Shown one piece after another: positions 36,855 through 49,619 of a stretch of 64,000 nt of DNA. The notes under the pieces are model-generated. The model ran no database searches. It was not told the DNA's origin and saw only the letters and a program-made list of their open reading frames with translations. The stretch lies in the NCBI RefSeq assembly GCF_006345805.1, contig NC_042999.1:173166001-173230000 (forward strand). Direction: 5' to 3'. The DNA is from Octopus sinensis. Lineage: Eukaryota. Position 1 is the stretch's first letter; every line of letters begins with the position of its first letter. The translations under genes were made by a program, and so were the position numbers.

Positions 36855-39839
36855 TATTATTATTATTATTATTATTATTTCTAAGTTATGAAATTTTGAA
36901 TTTATAAGACGCCCGCTCTGATTGCACATACTTTTGTAGTTTCTTCGGCTTTTCAAACAACTTTTTAAACAATCCTCTCAGTTCAAATTACTGAGTTTTT
37001 TGCTTGTTTGCTATGGGCTTTTTTTTTACTAAATTTTCATTATCCGAGGCATTTCGTTGGCGTGGCTTTCTTAGGCGATCGCGGTATTTATATATTTTTT
37101 TTAATTTTCTCTTCCATCTATTTTTGAAAATTTCCAAAACTTTCAGAATTTCAAGCACAAAGTACTGTAATTTTTGAAAGGAGAGGAGAGCAGGTAGAAA
37201 AAGATAATTTTTGGAAGAGTTATTACGACACTGTCTTCTCACTGCTAATGGCTGTGAACCAAACACCACCACCACAAGAGTTGATGGTGACAGCAACAGC
37301 GTAGAAAACACAGCGATAACAGCAGCAAACAAGATAACAGCTACAGCAACAGTGACGCAACGAACAGGAAAACATTGAGTTCACCACTATCGACATCACC
37401 TCACACAACCTGCACCATCCCCGCTCCAGCAGCTAAATGTTACGGCAACAATGACAACAATCGCATGCATAGTGAAAGGAACAACAGCCTGTCAAACACA
37501 ACTACTGGTGCAAAATCAGACAGTGAAGAACATTAAATATTACAATAAATGCTACTAATTTTCCGTGATAAAACGCAGTGAGTAGGTTGCAAGCTGATCA
37601 ACGTGGATACACACTATTTGTCAACAAGCGAGATATATTCTCCGTGACAAAACGCAGTGAGTAGTTTGTTCCCCAATTCGAACATGCACCAAGCACATTC
37701 GGACTGATAATGATATTGCCGAGTTTTAGATTTTGGTGAAGGAAGACATTTTAGTGGTTCTCTTTGATAGTCTGGCGCGAAAGTGGGAAGTTACGCAATC
37801 CTATGTAGATATATCCATGACAATCTCAGTTGTTCGCGATACAATATAGACAGCCGGTAGGAAAGCTAAATCAACATGGGTTACACGATAACTTTCGTTT
37901 GAATTCATCATAGATAAATTTAGGAAGTCCTCAAGGCACCCAACTACGCTCCTGTTTCCAGAGGCAAGTACCCCGCAATGCACAGTGATAACCTCTTGTT
38001 GTTTGAATAACTGTCGACGTATTCGAACAGTTTAACACCACAAGCTCATCAATAGTGTCATTAGGTTTCTGTCTCTAAATATGTCTACTAAATATGCTTG
38101 TTTTTCAGACACCAATGCGAAAACTTGGCTACTTTTGAGACATCCCGTTTTAGCCGTGACATAGGATACAGATAACGTCATCGTAATGTGTCGCACACCT
38201 TGAAATTCTGGGTGATCTAGAATTCTAAATAAAAACAAAACTTTGACAGGGGAAAACATTAACTTGGATGAGCCAGTTGGTATACAGTTGGGCTCCTGTA
38301 GAAGCAAGTCTATACTATCTCGCGGTGTCGGGGGTGCTGAGTGAACGATCTGGCTATGTTGCTACAGCCTTTTCGGTTCTGACCTCTAGATGAAGAGTAA
38401 ATAGATCAAGGTAATGCGCAGAGTGGATAGTCTCAAATGGTCTAAGAGAATACTATATGTGGAAGGTCAAGCAGCGAGGGGAAAGTCATACATCTCTTCC
38501 GTTATAGTTTACTTACCTGATCGTCAAGCCTTGCTAGAGTATTGGTCTCACCCGATTCTGAAGATTCGTGTGGAAATGGCATATTCCACTGTACACGTGA
38601 CTCGTCTGTTTCCTAACATCCTTTGCTTGGATGTCTCGGTATGTCGTGGCTGCTAATGTAAGTGAAAGTGCCGAGGCTGCAAAATGTACAGAGATTGCAA
38701 GACTGGAATTTTACGGTCGTTATTTATAAAGTACATCCTTCCATATCTTGTCTTCTTGACGGAGCTGCATTTTCGATAAAACGAATAACATCACGGGCCA
38801 ATGTTACCAGATTCATGCTACCTTCTACTTCTTGGGCAATGCATTTGGCGAGATTCTGCCATCATGTTCTAGAGAAGTTTATTAGTGAGGTAAACGAGAC
38901 GGCATTCACGAGGAATTTCGAGCCAGAAACTCTGGATAACATCCGGAAGTCCCTAGTCGGGAAATGCTACCATATGACATCCCTGATTCTAGATAAACGT
39001 TCTGGGTATGGTGTGTACAAGAAACGCACCGTGTGAGGAATCATTTTTGCATACACTTGCTCAGTATTTGAGCGTTACTGGCTTTACTGTCTCGTGGAAT
39101 TTTGTGGAAGAACCGCTGTAGTAAGTAGTAAGAATACAGCTATTGATCGCTTTAATTGTAAACGGTTTATGTACTTCCTATCACACAGAACCTGTGATAT
39201 AGGTCGAATCATAGTCTTGTTCTCTCTGTGAAAATGTTTTTGTATGTTTATATCAATTCCGTTCGAGGACATTCCGGGTAATTCTTGCAGAACAACACAT
39301 TAACAGGTTTTGTGCAAGCACCCACTCCCAAATTAAGACCTAGCTTTCGAATTTTGGCTTTCATCTTCTTCGACGGAGTTCCCAAGTTTTCAATAATTTG
39401 CATGGGTGTAACTATGTGAGCTCCCATGTTCCAACATTTGAAAATTTCATACTTCAAGTCGGTATAATATAATTTTTCTAAACAGAGATGACGTAGAGTT
39501 TGATTGGTGTGCTTCACACATACAGGATTTTGAAGCAATCAAAAAGCTCATCAGTAAGGAGACAACTTTGCAATACTATGACAGACGCAAACCAGTAACA
39601 CTCCAAGTCGATGCATCTATGAGAGGAGTTGGCGCAGCACTGATACAGGAAGGTAAACCCATTGCATATGCCTCGAAAGCTCTTTCTCTCTCCCACAGAG
39701 ACAAGGTACGCAAATATTGAAAGGGTACTCCTGGAAGTAGTATATGGATGTGAAAAGTTCCATACATAGCTGTATGGCAGACATTTCAACATTGAAACAG
39801 ACCATCACCCGCTAGAACAAATACATAGAAAAAAACCTC

Positions 39840-41396
39840 ATGAAAGAACCAGCCAGACAGCAAAGATTACGGTTAAGGCTTCAAACATATGACTATGATA
39901 TCAGGTACAAGCCAGGAAAAGACCTGATATTGGCAGATGCTCTTTCCAGATTATCCTCACATGATAAACAGGAGATGGAAGGACTAAGCATAAAGGTCCA
40001 CCACATTATAAATGTAACGACTACAAAGCTAGCAGAAATCAAAGAGGATACCAGGAAAGATGAAGAGCTCCAGCTCTTTACTCAGATGGTGATTGAGGGG
40101 TGGCCAGAAAAGAGACATCAGGTGCAGTCCCTAATTCGTGAATATTGGGCCATCCATGATGATATATCAGTGGAGAACGGAATCCTGATGGCGGGATCCC
40201 GAATAATAATACCTAAGTCAATGACAAAAGAGATTCTGGACAAGATCCACAAAGGGCATCTAGGAATGGAGAAATGTAAGCTCCTAGCCAAGTCAGCAGT
40301 ATATTGGATAGGCATGTACAAAGACATAGAAAAGACAGTTTCTACATGCCACATTTGTCAAAAGTACAGAAACTCACAACAAAAAGAGGAAATGATGTCT
40401 AGTGACATCCAGAGAAGGCCATGGCAAACTATTGGAGCAGATCTGTTCACAGAGGGTCAAGAATGGTATTTGATAATGGCCTGCTACTACTCCAAATTTC
40501 CATTTGTGAGAAAAGTGAAAGACCTGAGAGCCAAAACAATCACAACAGTGGCTCGAAAACTTCTAGCAGAGCAAGTAATACCAGAGCAGATCATATGTGA
40601 CAATGGAACCCAGTTCACATCGCAAGAATTCAAAAAGCTGGCCGATGAGTATGGGTTCAATATTACAACTTCATCTCCACACTACACAAAAGGCCATGGG
40701 TTTATAGAAAGACAGGTGCAGACAGTGAAGAGAACACTAGTCAAATGCCGAGAGACTAAGGAAGACCCACACCTGGCACTTCTGTCCCTACGAGCGACAC
40801 CACTGAGAGCTGATATGAAATCCCCAGCAGAATTGCTGAATGGCATGAAGTACAAAACAACCCTGCCAAGTAAGATCCAACCTCCCATTGACCAGGAAGA
40901 GACAAGGACAAAGTTAGCAGCCACTCAAGAACACTCGCAGAAATATTACAACAGACATGCACAATACTTACCTGAGATACTTAGAGGACAACATGTACAT
41001 ACTCAAGATCCCATAACTAAAATATGGATTCCAGCACAGGTTGTCAGAAAAGCTGAAACCCCAAGATCGTATATAATAGAAACGGAATCTGGTAGGCAGC
41101 TGAGACGCAACAGGGCCCACATTCGCCCAACACGAAAGCTGTTGAGGACAACGTATACAACACCTGCTGCATCAGTGACAACACCCACAGAATTATCACC
41201 CCAACGGGCACCAACCACCCATCAGCAGGCAACATGTACAACACCTACAGCATCGGTGACAACACCCACAGAATCATCATCCCAATGGACACCAACAACC
41301 CATCAGCAGCCCAACAACACACCTCAGACACCGGTGCGAAGCACAAGATCTACCAGATGGAGAAAAAACATCCTGCCACCGGTTCAATACCGTTAA
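39840..41396 (+). CDS. Gypsy pol C-terminal part: RNase H end plus integrase (HHCC finger, DDE core)
   Basis: YKPGKDLILADALSR; IHKGHLG...CHICQ; GADLF, CDNG, IERQVQT; upstream pol disrupted, so part of a pseudogene. Confidence 0.9.
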   Translation: MKEPARQQRLRLRLQTYDYDIRYKPGKDLILADALSRLSSHDKQEMEGLSIKVHHIINVTTTKLAEIKEDTRKDEELQLFTQMVIEGWPEKRHQVQSLIREYWAIHDDISVENGILMAGSRIIIPKSMTKEILDKIHKGHLGMEKCKLLAKSAVYWIGMYKDIEKTVSTCHICQKYRNSQQKEEMMSSDIQRRPWQTIGADLFTEGQEWYLIMACYYSKFPFVRKVKDLRAKTITTVARKLLAEQVIPEQIICDNGTQFTSQEFKKLADEYGFNITTSSPHYTKGHGFIERQVQTVKRTLVKCRETKEDPHLALLSLRATPLRADMKSPAELLNGMKYKTTLPSKIQPPIDQEETRTKLAATQEHSQKYYNRHAQYLPEILRGQHVHTQDPITKIWIPAQVVRKAETPRSYIIETESGRQLRRNRAHIRPTRKLLRTTYTTPAASVTTPTELSPQRAPTTHQQATCTTPTASVTTPTESSSQWTPTTHQQPNNTPQTPVRSTRSTRWRKNILPPVQYR

Positions 41397-41605
41397 GGAA
41401 AAATATACATGAACTTTCAAAAAGAAAAAAAAAAAACTGCTATGATTAATTTAATTATACTCAGTTTGGTTTTCATTTTTTTATTAATTTTATTAATTTT
41501 TTTAGGCAATTGAACTAATGGTATAATTTGAAAAAAATGTAAATATTTTCTCTTTTTATACATGATAAAGTTTTTCAAAACTTTTTTTCTTTTTTCAAGA
41601 AGGGA

Positions 41606-41828
41606 TGTTACACATTCACATCTATGTGTATACGTGTGGTACTATTTGTTAGTGAACAGTACGAACTGTGTTTTAAAGTAAACAGTATTACTACGCTGTG
41701 TCTGAAGGTATATAGGTGTCGCTGCGCTGAGTGTGCACAGTTCCTGTATTACGAAAAGTAAATAAACACGTGAAAGAATATCTATGCTTCGTATTGAGTT
41801 GTCTATCCCAGTAGAAAGAAAGTACACA
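41606..41828 (+). repeat. 3' LTR of the Gypsy element
   Basis: Begins TGTTAC after the PPT, AATAAA at 41761, ends in CA at ~41826-41828; no 5' LTR found in the window. Confidence 0.7.
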
Positions 41829-42169
41829 CGGTCTCTTTCTTTAATATTCATTTCTTTGCATAGCCAGCTCTACTTTGATCAGCTCTCATATCTTTTCCTT
41901 TTTGTTTTTTTTTTTTTGTAAAAGAACCAATAGAAGCATCTTTCCATTAAAGTTTCACTTACTTTTTCTATAATTTATTGTTCATTTCTTTTTTTATTTT
42001 AGGCCTAAATATCTCTATACATAGTCCTTCAGTGATTACCTCCGCAAGGCAAAATTTTTTCTAGACAGGATCGTATATTAGACTCTTGTTCTACTATATA
42101 TTTAGCACTCAATAATCCCTTCCTTATGGTATTTTCTATTATCATCTATATAATATCATTATCATTATC

Positions 42170-42213
<44 letters not shown>

Positions 42214-43184
42214 CATTATTATTATTTTTAATATCCTAATGCCTTTTCCATCGACATCTTATTTAGACGTTTTATTTCTCGTTTCTTTCAGTCATTTCCG
42301 TTTATTACTTTTGTCTCTTTCTAGACATCTCTTTTATTCGCTTTCAGCACACCTTGTTCATATTTATAGCCATCATTACGTCGTTACCCCTACCACCACG
42401 ATCATCATTGTCACAATATCAACAGATGCCATCACCATTAGTGCATCACGACGTCCATCACCATTACCACCATCAAGATTAAGATTATTTGTATTACCAA
42501 ACTGCAATTACCACAGCCATAACAGTCATCAGCAACGCCAAAGCCGCTTATTATCACCGTCGGAACTACCACCATAAAATATATCACCGCCACAAATACC
42601 AACACCGCAAAGCAGAAATTAATAACATCAATAACAGCGCAACTATTTTAATACAATATCGCCGAATGTTTTTATTTTTTCCCTAATAATAGACGAAAGA
42701 AGTACAAAATGAGAGGTTTGACTTACAAATTGATTATTAGTTGATGCAAGTAGTGAATCGAAACCTATCTTTTATAAACCAATTCGCTTTCTGTTCTTCT
42801 AACAGTTTTCTCTGAAATCAATTCTTTACATATTTACACTTTTGTTACTCCTCTCTACATCAACAGCACCATTTGTTAAAGTTCTGAAATTTGCTGAGCA
42901 TGTAATTAATGGAAGCGAAAAGAAAATGATATATTACTAGCGATTTAGATTCTTCAATGTTTCAAACAGAGAGAAACCCACACTGGCATATGCATATACA
43001 CGTCACACACAAACATACGCTCGCGTGTACACAAGCATATACACAAAACATACCGAAAACACATGTAATTTAAATATGCAAATATGCATAAACACGTGTT
43101 TATAAGTATGTTTATATATATATATAAATTTTGCTACTATATATGTAAGCATAGTGTATCTATATTGTGTGATATGTATGTGTG

Positions 43185-43220
<36 letters not shown>

Positions 43221-43309
43221 TATACACACACATATATACTTACATAAATATAAGTGTATAAGTGTCTGTGTATGTATATCACTAAGCATGCAAATGGAGG
43301 ATATATGTA

Positions 43310-43384
<75 letters not shown>

Positions 43385-44189
43385 TTTAATCTATATATAT
43401 ATACATATATATATATGTATGTATGTATATATATATATGTATATATGTATAAATGTATATATATATGTATATACATATATATGTATATCCACATGAGCAT
43501 ATATATGCATGCGTAGTGCTTCAAACCACATCGATTATGTTTAATAACCCTGCTGTGTCACACATTCAAATCTAAAGACATATATACAACCACACACGCA
43601 TAGTCATATTCGTACTATGTACATATACTCTGCATACATATTGCCGTTTTCTAACCGGCGTATCAACCTGTGTTTAAGAGCGTGTGTATGAACATATGCA
43701 GGTGAAGTGCGTGTGTGCGTGTTTATGTGTCTGTGTGTGTGTGTGTGTGTTTGTGTGTCTTTAAACATAAATCTACAGAAGTTGATACAATTCTGTTTCA
43801 TAATTACTATAAGTACCACTTGCTTAATGATTATATATTTGCATTTTGAATATTGCATTGGCTCTGTTTTATTATTTTTTTTTTTTTAGTCTTTCTCATT
43901 TACTAATTTAATTGTTTATATATTCATGGAAAACTTTAAAAATTCATTTAGTTCGAAAAATAAAAGTAAGCATGTACAAAAGCAAGATATTCATTACATG
44001 ATAAATGCCTAAAGCTTTGTTTTCGTTTGCTTTTCAATTTTGTTTTCAGATAGCAAATTCTGATTAGAATATGTGGAAATATGAAAATGTTAATCTCTTA
44101 ATCTAAATGTTTACTTGTGCTTTATTCTGGTGTAGTAGTGAGTGCGACGGGTTTTACAATAACTCTGTATTTCGCTAGACAAAATGTTT

Positions 44190-44894
<705 letters not shown>

Positions 44895-44895
<1 letters not shown>

Positions 44896-46145
44896 AGAGA
44901 GCTTGAACAAAATAATGGAAACACCTTAAAATTTTAAACGAATTTATTTTAATATGGGGTAGGACCACCTTTGGCAGTAATTACAGCTTGAATTCTACGA
45001 GGTATAGTCTTGTACATAATTTGAATTGTTTCCAAAGGAATTTTTGTCCATTGTTCAGCTAAAACAACCTCCAGGTCTTGCGGTGATGATGATGAAGGAT
45101 ATCGATTCCTTACTTGTTTTTCTAAAATGCACCAGAAATGTTCAATAATATTAAAATGTGCGGACTGTGCTGGCCAGTTAAGATGTTCAGCTTCACAAGA
45201 ATGTTCATCCTCGTGCCATTCAGTAACAGTTTTAGCTGTGTGAATTGGTGCATTTTCATCCTGAAAGTTTGCATTTCCCTCCGGAAGCAGTTCCGCAACC
45301 ATAGGATTAATTTGATCTGATAAAAAGCTTAGTCATGACTCTTAATTCAGCCATGAAGGGAAACCGTTGGGCCTGTGGATTCCCAAGATATAGCACAACC
45401 CCTCCCAGTTCATCACAGATCCTTCTTCATGTTTAACAGTTGGAAGAAGGCAGTCTGGGTCAAATGCCTCTTTTGGCTGTCTCCACACGTATACTCGGCC
45501 GGTCGTCGGAAATAAGGTAAAGGATGGCTCGTCCGAGAAAACAACATTCTTCTTCTGCTCTAGGAACCAACCTGTAGGCTTTTACTCCAGTCTAAACGCT
45601 TTGCAACGTTTGTTTTTGAAAGTAGTTGTTTTCTGATTGCAGCGCTCCCGTGAAATCAGGCTATATGCAGCTCCCGGCGAACAGCTTTTGTGGAAACTGG
45701 ATTCTCATTAAGCCCTACAGTAATTTTGGGAGCTGTACTTTTCTGATCCTTTCTAACATTTCGCGTAAGAGTCTGGCGGTCCCAATCTGAAACTTTTGAT
45801 TTTCTTTTGGAGATTTGTTTCGACGAAGATGTTTTTCTCTATTTCTCAAAGGCTGTCATTACTTTCGAAACAGTACTTCATATACCAAACATTTCAGCTG
45901 TTTTCGTTATTCTAGCTCCGACAATTTGACCTCTTTGAAAGTCCGATAGATCTGTCATTTTAATAAATTTTAATTACTTTTTGCTGATGATATCTGAAAA
46001 GAAACACGAATTTAAGTAAAACATATTAAGCAACACTAATAATAAATAAAAATATATATATACAAGCTTTTGACGGTTTTATAGATTTTTCAAAATTATG
46101 ATGCTATGATGCTAAGTATTCCCATTATTTTATCCAATCCCTGTA
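44895..46145 (-). mobile_element. Tc1-family DNA transposon, ~1.25 kb, decayed transposase
   Basis: ORF 44949-45302 FQDENAPIH...WPAQS...NIIEHFW...GGPTPY; TIRs GCTTGAACAAAATAATGGAAACACC (left) and CCCATTATTTTATCCAATCCCTGTA (right). Confidence 0.88.
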
Positions 46146-46150
46146 TATAC

Positions 46151-46204
<54 letters not shown>

Positions 46205-46216
46205 ATGTATGTGTAC

Positions 46217-46248
<32 letters not shown>

Positions 46249-49200
46249 CGTTAAGTGGCCTGTTCCTCTAATGTTTCTTGGTGAGCAACCACTTAACTGC
46301 GCAAACCCGACGAATGAATCAATGACGAAGAAAATCTGTGAATTGACAATAAATGAAATTATAGAAAACGAAAGCAAAATATTCAAAGCGAAAGAAAATT
46401 TTCCTAAAAGGACTGGCAGAACCCGTGATGAGATCCTGATGGCAACTCCATTAAACCACAGTCATGCTAATTATAAGGCTAGCGCTCGACCCAGCTCTCA
46501 TACTCCAATAAAAAAATTACCTATTTCGAGCAAGCCTGTTCACTGGGACTATACTCGCCAAACGCATGCCTCTCTCAACAAAGTTGCTGGGCCTCTGCAC
46601 TTACATCTCCACCACCATTTTCCTTTGGAAATGAAACATGAAAATTTGATGAGCAATTAGCCAAGAAAATGACCATTTAGTGTCGTCCACCACATAATGT
46701 CTTCGGCTAAGTCCACCAGGTAGTTGAATTTGTTTGCTTCCCTAGTCAACTGAATATGCGAGGACTATCTTTACAAAGGAAGCAGCTAATAGCCAGATCC
46801 GTTCTAGCGCAATAACAAGTATTCCACTTAAGTCAGCAATGCTCGTGTACCTTACCGAAAAGTGCTAGACAATTTCACTGCTCTGCGCGCATCATGACGG
46901 AGCCAGTTAACGATATGTCATACCTATAGGAACGCCTTCTTTGAAAATCTGCCACGCCAAGGAAGTCTGAACGGTATCCATAGACGGCAGCCCAAAAGGC
47001 CTCCAGAACATACGAGATAGTGGATTTTTATCATCGGTTAGATTTTTCCCTGAGTAAGTCGTCGCTTCTGTCTACCTCTTATCCTCTATAGAACATAAAT
47101 CTGAAAGTCACTTCTATGGAAAAGGGTTGTGAGGGCTTCTCATAATATATACTATGCACTCTGTCTCAGTATTTTCTTGAACCAGACACATCAAAGAAAC
47201 GAGCTAATGAATACAGCAGCGTTTTCAACAACTGTAACAAGGAGGAAGACAACAACAATGGGAGAAAGAAGGGAGTTACACATAACGCATATTACAAACA
47301 GATAACATAGTGAGAAAGAAAATGTTTACAAATTACGAAAGAAGATAAAACAGATGAATTATGAAGTATAAAGGATAAACGCACACATATACACTTGCAA
47401 AATATGCACAAACACACTTTTGCATATTCACAAGCACGCACGTCCAGATGAGTAGAAGCAAGCTTGAAGGAAATTTAATAAGTAGAAGGGAAATTAACGA
47501 CTACAATAGAATATACAAAAATTAAAATAAGAGATAATTTAAAGAAATAAATGTGTAAGTTTTCCGCTTAAAGTGCGATAGGTCACTCCATCACCTATTC
47601 ACTTATCCATTTCTGAAGTAGTGTTCGAGTGCGCCCTAATGCACCAGTAAACATTTTTTTCAAAACATTCGTATTGAAAAGCAAGAACCATCAAGTTGAA
47701 AGTATTCTTTATAAATTGAGTAATTTCTTAATTATTAATATTATTTCTTTTTTTGCAAGTAATCTATTTTTCGGCGTGCTGATATTCTAAAATTAATTGT
47801 TTTGGTGCAACAGAGATGTGTAAGGTTATTTACTATTTACTTGGTTGGCTGTTAACACTAACTTTTACACTATCAACTGTAAATGCATTCTCAGTTACGT
47901 CATTAACATGTTTGGGAAAAATATGAAAGACAGAATTGCCTGTTTCATAATTCATATGAATTCTGAATATTTTATACAGAGACAGAATTTTATTTGTTTG
48001 AAAACTCTCGCTATAACTGCACATCTAAAAGACGCCTTATCAAGTGAGTTGCTAGAGTAGTTATAAGATTCCATGCATGTATATTTTGTATATAATTCGG
48101 GTTTGAATTTCTGTGCTGCAAGAAACACTACCTTAAGGCATTAGAAATATAAAATCTAGTCAACATTTATCAATAATATTAGAGTTTATATATTGGGTTA
48201 TATTATTTAAAACGTTGCTGTCGATGTTGTTATTAGAGCCTCTAAAATCGTGTTCATCAGTTTTAGTGCTCATCTCGTTTCTCTTCTCTTCATCATAGGC
48301 TGATATTGTTTTACTTATAGTTGTTGTTCGCCAAATATTTTAGACATATACTTAGATTTAAAATTTATGGATTTTCACGACACAAAAAGCTATTTGATAA
48401 ATCAAGGGGCTACCTCACCGTATCGGGCACTGTTAATCGAATTTGATAAGATTTCAACTGAAAAACATAGTTATAAAATTTTAACGCATATATTCTAGAA
48501 TTGGACAGTTGGAACATATATTGACATATGATATTTTCAAATTATAAATACCACAGAGTAAATAATAAATATGCAAACAGTTTCACAAAAAAGCAATCCA
48601 GTATATATTCTACAAAGAAATTAATGAAATCTGTTCTCATACAAGATCAATTGCGTCAACTGCACACCTGATGCTTTTCGCAAGAGAGCAGCATCCAAAT
48701 GTCGACAAAGTTCATGCGAACAAACGTATGGAAGCACAAATATATTGTGTGCTTATTTTATCCTACCACATTCAGACTAAATGCATATAAGTCGACGGTT
48801 TCAAGCTTTTCTGAATATGATTTGAGTATACATATTCATAACTATATCCACACGCTAACATATTCACGCATGCCCAAACACACACATACGCAAGTATGTA
48901 TATAAAGGGTTATATATTCTCAAACTAAGATGCATGTATGTTTCTTATCGTGTGTGTGCAATCTTGTATATACGCATACAAGTATGCATATTTTATTTAT
49001 TTCGATCTGTTCTCTACTTTTCCATCCATTTTAATCAATTCCGACACTAGTAGCAAACTGAAACTTACGCTCTTTGTATACTGCACGTTTATTCTACCTA
49101 TTCTATAAGCTATTTTCTAATTTATGGAACTGTCAGTATAACGGTTGATTATTTTCCTTATAAGTCAAGGGTCCAATTTTCCAGAAGAATTGCCTTAACT

Positions 49201-49490
49201 AAAATAAGTCTTAAAATCTAAGCAGAATATGTTGAAAATATTTTTCCAAAATCACCAATGTAAAAATATAACTAAGCCCCATATCCTTTGTGTCCAAAAC
49301 AAATCTCTCTGTTGCGATGGACGTGAACAGATGACTACACGTTTCATCCGGGACATATAGTGGTTTCCGTGTCTATTCCCTTCGAGACGAAGTTTAATTT
49401 AAACTGTTATTCATTCAGCAATTGTCGATATCACATGATTCTGGTGAAATACATTAATCAGCGGCATGCACTGGAACAAACCACTTTCCC

Positions 49491-49579
<89 letters not shown>

Positions 49580-49619
49580 TGCACCCTGCCACAAGCTGGT
49601 ATAGATAGAATTATGCAAC

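Larger units (their letters stand above)
39300..41828 (+). mobile_element. Ty3/Gypsy LTR retrotransposon, 3' half (decayed RT end, RNase H, integrase, PPT, 3' LTR)
   Basis: VEFDW, TLQVDAS...PIAYASKAL RNase H; integrase ORF; PPT AAGAAGGGA (41597-41605) directly before TG. Confidence 0.88.
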
